13,252 nucleotides of DNA, taken from an uncultured Deinococcaceae bacterium. Lineage in GTDB: Bacteria > Deinococcota > Deinococci > Deinococcales > Deinococcaceae. Numbering within the stretch: the first letter of the stretch is position 1; each line of letters starts with the position of its first letter. Shown here in pieces: positions 7,547 through 13,252 of the stretch. The stretch lies in assembly GCA_964252075.1 (NCBI GenBank), contig CAXULY010000079.1, positions 1 to 13,252 of the forward strand, written 5' to 3'. The translations under genes and the position numbers were made by a program. Under the pieces are notes generated by a model that was not told the DNA's origin, did not search any database, and saw nothing but the letters and a program-made list of their open reading frames with translations.

Positions 7547-8991
7547 GCCGTCTCCTCGGGTTGGACGTGAACCGCCAGCGGCAGACGAACCTGAACGTGG
7601 GTGCCCGCACCGCCGCTCTCCACCCTGAACTGCCCGCCCAGGCTCTCCGCCCGCTCCCGCATGCCCATCAGGCCCAGGTGCAGGCCCTCCGGGTCCACCG
7701 CCGCGGGGTCGAAACCGCCGCCGCCGTCCATGACGTCCAGCAGCAGGGCGTGTTCCCGCACCTCCGCCCGCACCTGCTGCGCCCGGCCCCCCGCGTGCTT
7801 GTAGGCGTTGCTGAGCGCCTCACGCACGATGCGGAAAGCGGTGATCTTGACGGGCAGCGGTGCCTGCGCCGGGAGGTCACCCCAGCGGGTGGTGACGTCA
7901 CTGCCGGTGCGGGCGCGGTGGTCCCGCACGGCGCGTTCCAGCGTCTCGGTCAGCGTCAGGGGATGTAGGGCGGGCAGCCGCACCTCGGTCGCGAGGTCCC
8001 GCATGGCGCGCATGGCGCCCGTCAGGGAGCGCTCCAGCGCCGCGAGGTCCTGCTCGGCGTCCTCGCGGTGCGGACTGTCCAGGCGCTCGGTGCGGGCGGC
8101 CAGGCTGTCCAGGCGCAGCAGCGCGTAACTCACGTCCTGCGCGGGGCCATCGTGCAGGCCGCTGGACACGCGCTCCATCACGCGCTCGTGCAACTCCGCG
8201 ATGCGGGTGGCGGCCCGCTGCACCCGGTCGTGCAATTCGGCGTTCTGAGCGGTCAGGGTGCGCTGCTCGGCCAGCTGCGCGCCCAGCGCCGCCTGCTGGC
8301 GCGCGATGGTGTCACTGCCGCGCCGCACCAGGCCCGCGAGCAGCAGGTACGCGAGCAGCAGGACCACCCCCACCACCGCCCAGCTCTGAACCTGGGCCTG
8401 ACGGATCTCACGTTCCAGCGGGACCACGCTCTGGTAGAACTCCGCGACGGCAATCACGCGGTCCGACTCCTCCAGGCGCATGGGGGCGTAGATCTCCAGC
8501 AGGCGGCCGTGCTGGGCTTTCAGGTTGAGGTTCTCCGCGTCGGTCAGGTCCGAGATGCTGGAGGACACCTCCCCCTGCCAGGCCTGCGCCTGGTCCTCCC
8601 CGACGGGGAAGGTCCGGCCCGCCTCGTCCCCATACACGATGCGGCCCCCCGGTCCCCAGACCTTGATGCTCACAATCTCGTGGCCCAGGGGGGTGGTGGT
8701 GAAGAGCCGCTCCAGTTCCGCCTTCTCCTGCGCGCCCAGCCAGCGGTGACGCTCCAGGCCCTGCAATTGCGTGACGATGAAGTTCTCAACGTACAGTGAG
8801 GCGGCGGCGGCGGCGCGGTGCGTGACGCCCAACTCGATCTGCCGCCCCACCCACCAGCCGATGAGCAGCAGGCTCACAAGTAGCACCAGCAGGCTCGTCA
8901 GGCTGTACTGCCGCGCCAGCGTCCACGGCTTCACGCGCGGCCACCCGGGCCGCGGATCCAGGGCGGCCCGGCGGGCCAGTCGGAGCGCCAT
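7543..8991 (-). CDS. Membrane sensor histidine kinase, HisKA_3 (NarX/DesK) type
   Basis: Two TM helices flanking an extracytoplasmic domain. H-box ERVSSGLHDGPAQ, N-box REALSNAYKHA, G-boxes DGGGGFD and GLMGMRERAESLGG; GGAGG upstream of the ATG. Confidence 0.93.
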   Translation of the reverse strand: MALRLARRAALDPRPGWPRVKPWTLARQYSLTSLLVLLVSLLLIGWWVGRQIELGVTHRAAAAASLYVENFIVTQLQGLERHRWLGAQEKAELERLFTTTPLGHEIVSIKVWGPGGRIVYGDEAGRTFPVGEDQAQAWQGEVSSSISDLTDAENLNLKAQHGRLLEIYAPMRLEESDRVIAVAEFYQSVVPLEREIRQAQVQSWAVVGVVLLLAYLLLAGLVRRGSDTIARQQAALGAQLAEQRTLTAQNAELHDRVQRAATRIAELHERVMERVSSGLHDGPAQDVSYALLRLDSLAARTERLDSPHREDAEQDLAALERSLTGAMRAMRDLATEVRLPALHPLTLTETLERAVRDHRARTGSDVTTRWGDLPAQAPLPVKITAFRIVREALSNAYKHAGGRAQQVRAEVREHALLLDVMDGGGGFDPAAVDPEGLHLGLMGMRERAESLGGQFRVESGGAGTHVQVRLPLAVHVQPEETA

Positions 8992-9026
8992 GCCGCATTA
9001 TCCTCCGCCGCCCGTTCACCCGGACA

Positions 9027-9119
9027 CCCGACCAAAGTCGGGGGTGGGTCCGGGCGATGGTCCAGGGACCCTGCACGATCACAGGTCCGTGTCGGCGCGC
9101 TGGGGGCGTTGCCTACATT
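9027..9119 (+). promoter_or_regulatory. Putative response-regulator-dependent promoter: palindrome plus -10 element
   Basis: Perfect inverted repeat CCCGAC-CAAA-GTCGGG (9027-9042), further GGTCC half-sites nearby, and -10-like TACATT (9114-9119) with no clear -35. Confidence 0.55.
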
Positions 9120-9141
9120 GAGGGCACCCAAGGAGGTTCAT

Positions 9142-9390
9142 ATGAAGCGCAACGCCATTGTGTCCATCATCGTCCTGAGCACCCTCGTCCTGACGCCCGC
9201 CCTGGCCCGCGAGGCCGGGTCCGGCCACCACGACGGCACCACGCACCATGGGGCGTCCCACGTCACCTCGCGGGAAGCGGAACCCCGCGACGATCGCGGT
9301 CGCCACACTGAACCCGGAGACGACCGTGGGCACGGCGGCCACCAGGAGCCGGGCGACGACCACGGCCAGCATGGCGGCGGCCACCGCTGA
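9142..9390 (+). CDS. Small secreted His/Asp/Gly-rich protein with EPxDDxG repeats
   Basis: AAGGAGG RBS and ATG at 9142. Signal peptide MKRNAIVSIIVLSTLVLTPALA. The 60-aa mature part has 11 His and the repeats EPRDDRG, EPGDDRG and EPGDDHG. Confidence 0.82.
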   Translation: MKRNAIVSIIVLSTLVLTPALAREAGSGHHDGTTHHGASHVTSREAEPRDDRGRHTEPGDDRGHGGHQEPGDDHGQHGGGHR

Positions 9391-9475
9391 CGGTCCCCGC
9401 CCAGCGCGACGGGCGGTCAAGCGGACCGTCCAGCGCCAAGAGACGAGCGGCACCCCACACAGCCAGGAGGCACGA

Positions 9476-9871
9476 ATGAACGCATCACTGAGGGCAGGCA
9501 TGTTGGGCGTCGCCCTGCTGGCAGGCGCGGTGAGGGCGCAGGGAAGCGGTCCTTCCACCCTGCGGGCCGCAGGCGCGCCGGCCCAGACCATTCAGGTCAA
9601 GATGAAGGAGTGGACGCTGGGCATGCAGACCGTGACCATCAAGGGGTCAACGGCGCGCTTCGAGGTCGAGAACGACGGCCAGTACCCGCACGCCTTCAAG
9701 CTGGAAGGCAAGTTGGGCGAACAGGACTTCGAGATCGCCACGCCGGTGCTGCGCGCGGGTGAGAAGAGCGTGCTCATCGTGAAACTCCCTCCGGGAACGT
9801 ACGAGGCGGACTGCCCCGTGGGGGACCATGAGGAGCGCGGCATGAAAAACACCGTGGTTTTCGGCCCTTAA
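9476..9871 (+). CDS. Secreted cupredoxin (type-1 blue copper protein)
   Basis: AGGAGG RBS and ATG at 9476; signal peptide; NDGQYPHAF and PGTYEADCPVGDHEERGM supply the His, Cys, His and Met ligands. Confidence 0.9.
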   Translation: MNASLRAGMLGVALLAGAVRAQGSGPSTLRAAGAPAQTIQVKMKEWTLGMQTVTIKGSTARFEVENDGQYPHAFKLEGKLGEQDFEIATPVLRAGEKSVLIVKLPPGTYEADCPVGDHEERGMKNTVVFGP

Positions 9872-9880
9872 GCGGAAGGT

Positions 9881-9921
9881 GCGAGAAGCGACCCGGACAG
9901 CTCGTCCGGGTCGCTTCTCGC
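9881..9921. terminator. Perfect 18-bp hairpin, probable terminator
   Basis: GCGAGAAGCGACCCGGAC, loop AGCTC, GTCCGGGTCGCTTCTCGC, starting 10 bp after the cupredoxin stop. The U-tail is weak (TTCGTCT). Confidence 0.8.
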
Positions 9922-10147
9922 TTCGTCTGCGTGCCTGACAGTGCGCCGTGCTTCAGCGCGGAGGGTTCTGCACCAGCAATCGCAGGTGAATGACCCGCCC
10001 GGGCCCACACGGGCTGCGTGGGCGGCCTTCACGCACAGGGCACCAGGAGTCGCTTGCTGGAATTGAAGGTCCCGCCTGCGAGCGCGGCGGCGTGAACTTC
10101 TACTGCCCGTTCGCGCCGCCCTGAGCGACAGCCGCTCGGATGACGCT

Positions 10148-10486
10148 TCAATGGTCTACTGGGGCCGGACCACCGGGTGGTTCATCCGCGTGGAGCGTCA
10201 CCTCGGGCACCAACGGGACCGTCAGACCGCGCGCCAAGCCCTCGCGCGTCCACGCCCACGCTTCTGCGTACAGGTCCTCCACCAGCGCGGACAGGTCCGC
10301 GCCCGCCAGTGGGCCAGCGGCGAGCCCGAAGGTGGGCGAGAAGGCTTTCGCTTCGAACACCGTCCCACCTGATTCCACCGTGACGGTGTGGACATGCGGG
10401 CCGTACCCGGAGGCGCGCAGGGCCTCGAACAGCGCGCGGGCGTGAGGTTTCAGCTCAGTGGTCCAGTCCGGCACGACAGCGTCCAT
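10148..10486 (-). CDS. Hypothetical protein (112 aa)
   Basis: Protein-like composition and GC-rich third codon positions. Leaderless -10 TATGGT (10498-10493) lies exactly 6 bp before the ATG. No family recognised. Confidence 0.68.
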   Translation of the reverse strand: MDAVVPDWTTELKPHARALFEALRASGYGPHVHTVTVESGGTVFEAKAFSPTFGLAAGPLAGADLSALVEDLYAEAWAWTREGLARGLTVPLVPEVTLHADEPPGGPAPVDH

Positions 10487-11059
10487 AGCTCAACCATAGA
10501 AATGCCCATCAGCCAGCGGATGAGCGTCACATCCCCCACACTTGAGGAACGGACCTCTTCGTCCCTGTGCCTGGCCCTTTTCCTCCATGGGGCCGCGAGG
10601 ATGTGCCAGGGTCGCGAGCACCGCGCGGCCAGTAGGACCTTCACCACCCGCCACGTGCCGTACTCGGTCATCTCAGATAGAAAACGCTCCGGCCTCAACG
10701 GCTGAGGGCGGCTCGCTTCACCCTGGCTTGCGAGCGTGGAACGTTCTAGGAACGGCGGTCTAACTCGGCGCCCCGTCTGGACGCGCAAATGCCCGGCGCC
10801 AAGAGCCCTCTGGCCGTACTGTGCGCCACGGTCGCCATCCACTCAGTCGGCGGACGGTGCGTTCCTGTGCCAACCGCTGATGGTGCCCGCATTCCCCAGC
10901 CTGTGTCGTCAGCAGGCCGGGGAGCCGCTTGGTCTAAACCTCACGCGACGCACGGCCCGTTTCAGACGCCGGTGTGGACCCGCCCAGCGCCGGCGCGCCT
11001 GAATGCATCCGGTCACCGCGGTGGTTCGCTCGGCACCTCTCAAGTTGCGGCGTAGCCGG

Positions 11060-12238
11060 TCAGGTCCCACCGAAATGGCGCACGTCGCGCAACTGCGCGT
11101 CGAGGATCCACACCCCGCCGCGTCCGTCGGCGAGGGCGATGTGGCCGTCGTCCATCGGCTCGACGTCCATGGGTTTCTCGAATGCGCGGCTCACGCGCGC
11201 GCCCGTGCGCAGGTCGACGCGCGTGACGCGCCCCGCGCGGTCACTCACGATCGCCGCGCCCGCCGACAGGGCCAGCTTGTCCGGGTGGCCTTCGAGGGCG
11301 AGACGGCGGGTCTCGTCGCCGCGCGCGTCAAGCCACACGAGCGCGCCGGGCGTGCTCCCGCTGCCATGGTCGAGCACCAGCACGCCCCCGGGAAAGGCCG
11401 CGAGCGCCACGGGCGCCCCGCCGAGGATGGCGTGGCGCTGCACGTTCAGGGTGTTCGCGTTCAGCAGCAACACCTCACCGAGCGCGTGGTGCGTGACGAA
11501 CAGGGTGCCACCCTGCGCGGCGACAGCGTCCATCACATCCGCCATGGGCAGGCGCGCGGCGGGCGCGAGGCGCCTCGCGCCCCCGCCGAGGCGCACGAGT
11601 TCCCCGCCCGAGGTCTTCACGAACACCGCCCCGCCGTTTGCGGCGAGGCCCGCGACACCGCCCGGCACGCGCTGCTCCTGCACGACGCGCGCTGCGGTCG
11701 CGTCCACGACCACGATCCGGTCGTTGCCGGCGTCGGCGAGGTACACGCGCGTCCCGACGCGCACGCCTTCCGTGAACCACGCCGCGCGAGGCGCGGTGAG
11801 CGGCACCCGCCGCGCGCGGCCCCGGCTGTCCACGACCGCGATGGGCGCGCCGGGGCCGTTGCTGGCAACCACGAGCGTCTCGCCGAGCGCCACGACGACC
11901 GCCGGGTCCGGCAGGGCCGCGGCGAGCGCCGCGCCCGGACGGGACGGCCACCACAGCGCGACGGTCAGGGCCGCCGCGAGCCCAAGTGCTGCTGCCATGC
12001 GCGCGCCCCATGGGCGGCGCCGGGACGCGCGCGCGCGGCGCAGCACCGCCCCCCGCAGCGCGGGTGGGGGCGCCACCTCCGGCGCGGTCCGGGTGAGGGC
12101 GGCGCGCACCGCGCGCAGGTCCCGCGCGTAGGCGCGCAGGTCCGGGTCGGCTTCGAGGGCCGCCTCCACGTCCGCGGGCCACGGCTCGCCGCGCGCGGCG
12201 AGATCCGCGATGCGGTCCTGCCACTCCTCCGCCTTCAT
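11060..12238 (-). CDS. Probable anti-sigma factor: N-terminal helical domain, one TM helix, extracytoplasmic beta-propeller (YncE/NHL-like)
   Basis: ATGA-coupled to the ECF sigma. N-terminus VEAALEADPDLRAYARDLR..PEVAPPPALRGAVL resembles RskA-type anti-sigma domains. TM helix AAALGLAAALTVALWW. Repeated blades such as VYLADAGNDRIVVVD, LFVTHHALGEVLLLN, IVSDRAGRVTRVD and IALADGRGGVWILD. Confidence 0.75.
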   Translation of the reverse strand: MKAEEWQDRIADLAARGEPWPADVEAALEADPDLRAYARDLRAVRAALTRTAPEVAPPPALRGAVLRRARASRRRPWGARMAAALGLAAALTVALWWPSRPGAALAAALPDPAVVVALGETLVVASNGPGAPIAVVDSRGRARRVPLTAPRAAWFTEGVRVGTRVYLADAGNDRIVVVDATAARVVQEQRVPGGVAGLAANGGAVFVKTSGGELVRLGGGARRLAPAARLPMADVMDAVAAQGGTLFVTHHALGEVLLLNANTLNVQRHAILGGAPVALAAFPGGVLVLDHGSGSTPGALVWLDARGDETRRLALEGHPDKLALSAGAAIVSDRAGRVTRVDLRTGARVSRAFEKPMDVEPMDDGHIALADGRGGVWILDAQLRDVRHFGGT

Positions 12239-12876
12239 TCCTCACCTCCCACCGCGTCCTGAAGGGAGCGGCTGAGCGCCTCGCGCAGCTTGTCGAGGGC
12301 GTACTTCAGGCGGCTCTTGACCGTGCCGACCGGGACGCGCATCGCGCGCGCGATTTCCTCGCGCGACTCCTCGCGCAGAAAGGCGCGGTCCACCGTCTCG
12401 CGGTGCGCGGCGCTCAGCGCGCGCATGGCCGTGTGAATCCGCTCGGCGCGCTGCGCCCCCTCGGCGTGATCGAGGACGCTGGGCGCCGGGTCCTCAATCG
12501 GGAACTCCTCACCGTCGTCATCATAGAGCCGCAGGGTGGGTTTCTCCCGCCGCAGGCGGTCGATGGCGCGGCTGCGCGTCACCACGAGGAGGTAGGCGCG
12601 CAGCCCGGCGCGCGCCGGGTCGAAGCGCCCGGGGTGATCCCAGAGCGCCACGAACACATCCTGCACGAGTTCCTGCGCGAGGTCCGCGTCCTGCAGGGTG
12701 CGCAGGGAGAGGCCATACACGGCGCTCGCGTGGCGGTCGTACAGCGCGCCGAGGGCCGCTTCGTCATGCCGGGCGAGCCGGGCCACGAGGTCCTCGTCGG
12801 AGACGGTCACGTCGTCGAGCGTAGCGCGCCGCCTGGACGGACCGGTCGGTGGGGGAGACAGGGGCGAGGCCGTCAT
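12235..12876 (-). CDS. ECF RNA polymerase sigma-70 factor (SigK-like)
   Basis: DEAALGALYDRH, AQELVQDVFVALW, FDPARA, RSRAIDRLR and EEIARAMRVPVGTVKSRL. Start is uncertain: ATG 12876 or leaderless GTG 12810. Confidence 0.93.
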   Translation of the reverse strand: MTASPLSPPPTGPSRRRATLDDVTVSDEDLVARLARHDEAALGALYDRHASAVYGLSLRTLQDADLAQELVQDVFVALWDHPGRFDPARAGLRAYLLVVTRSRAIDRLRREKPTLRLYDDDGEEFPIEDPAPSVLDHAEGAQRAERIHTAMRALSAAHRETVDRAFLREESREEIARAMRVPVGTVKSRLKYALDKLREALSRSLQDAVGGEE

Positions 12877-12888
12877 GCGTGACAGGAG

Positions 12889-12915
12889 TACGGGTTGAGC
12901 GGGCCATGGGGTTCA
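12889..12915 (-). promoter_or_regulatory. Putative ECF-sigma (autoregulatory) promoter
   Basis: Minus strand TGAACC (12915-12910), 17 bp, CGTA (12892-12889), directly upstream of the sigma gene; fits the AAC...CGT ECF consensus. Confidence 0.55.
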
Positions 12916-13197
12916 ACGGGACCGCCGCGCGTCGTGTTAGGCGTCCACGGGCGGCCTATTGAGCCGTGGACTCTGGACTGAGTGGGCGATCACGCGCCCC
13001 TGCACGTTCGATGCACCACGGGACTTGAGCAGCGGGCGGCGCAGCATGCCGCGCACGACGTTCCTCAACATGTCGTTCGCCGCCCGGGTCCTGCCAGGCA
13101 TCGGTCGCGCAGCCCAGGTTCACCACGGGTACGCTGTCGCCTGCGGGGAGCGCCACGTGACAGGTCCAGACGGGCTCCGAGGGCGTCACGCCCATTC

Positions 13198-13252
13198 AGA
13201 GGTTGTTTCACGACTGGGCAGTAGGGTGGCTCGGTGGTCGAAGCACTCGTTC
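13198..13252. mobile_element. Probable terminus of the same insertion sequence (right boundary copy, inverted)
   Basis: 13198-13243 is the reverse complement of 1-46. The junction reads TCA|GAGGTTGTTTCAC, and the element presumably runs off the window. Confidence 0.7.

Noticed and set aside
9277..9365. Spaced short DNA repeats resembling a mini CRISPR array
   Set aside because: They are degenerate in-frame coding repeats (EPxDDxG), and there are no cas genes.
9248..9475. N-terminal extension of the cupredoxin in the 207-aa ORF
   Set aside because: It overlaps the His-rich gene, and the AGGAGG RBS and signal peptide point to ATG 9476.
10500..11055. ORFs and a possible ncRNA or riboswitch in the long intergenic stretch
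   Set aside because: No recognisable protein or RNA motif by eye; an Rfam or tBLASTx search would be needed.
10974..12262. Long ORFs of 385, 419 and 256 aa overlapping the anti-sigma gene
   Set aside because: Arg/Ala/Pro-rich shadow frames expected at very high GC; the minus-strand 392-aa frame has coherent domains and translational coupling.

Overview
GC-rich (roughly 70% by eye) accessory region, probably from a Deinococcus-like bacterium, inferred from several leaderless TAnnnT-N6/7-start promoters. It is bounded by two inverted copies of the same 46-bp sequence, which looks like an insertion-sequence end. Contents from left to right: (1) a minus-strand molybdate operon (XRE-HTH/PBP regulator, modA, mop/TOBE, a secreted cysteine-less sulfite-oxidase-fold protein, modB) with no modC; (2) a decayed DHFR/RibD-family pseudogene; (3) an ANT(6)/AadK-family aminoglycoside adenylyltransferase; (4) an HxlR regulator whose divergent SDR partner survives only as a 5' stub; (5) a HisKA_3/NarL two-component system divergent from a small secreted His-rich repeat protein plus a type-1 copper cupredoxin, followed by a perfect 18-bp hairpin; (6) a small hypothetical gene; (7) an ECF sigma factor with a membrane anti-sigma carrying a probable beta-propeller. 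The most novel-looking parts are the His-rich peptide/cupredoxin/two-component module and the modC-less mod operon with its exported Cys-less Moco-fold protein. All family calls come from motif recognition by eye; no searches were run.
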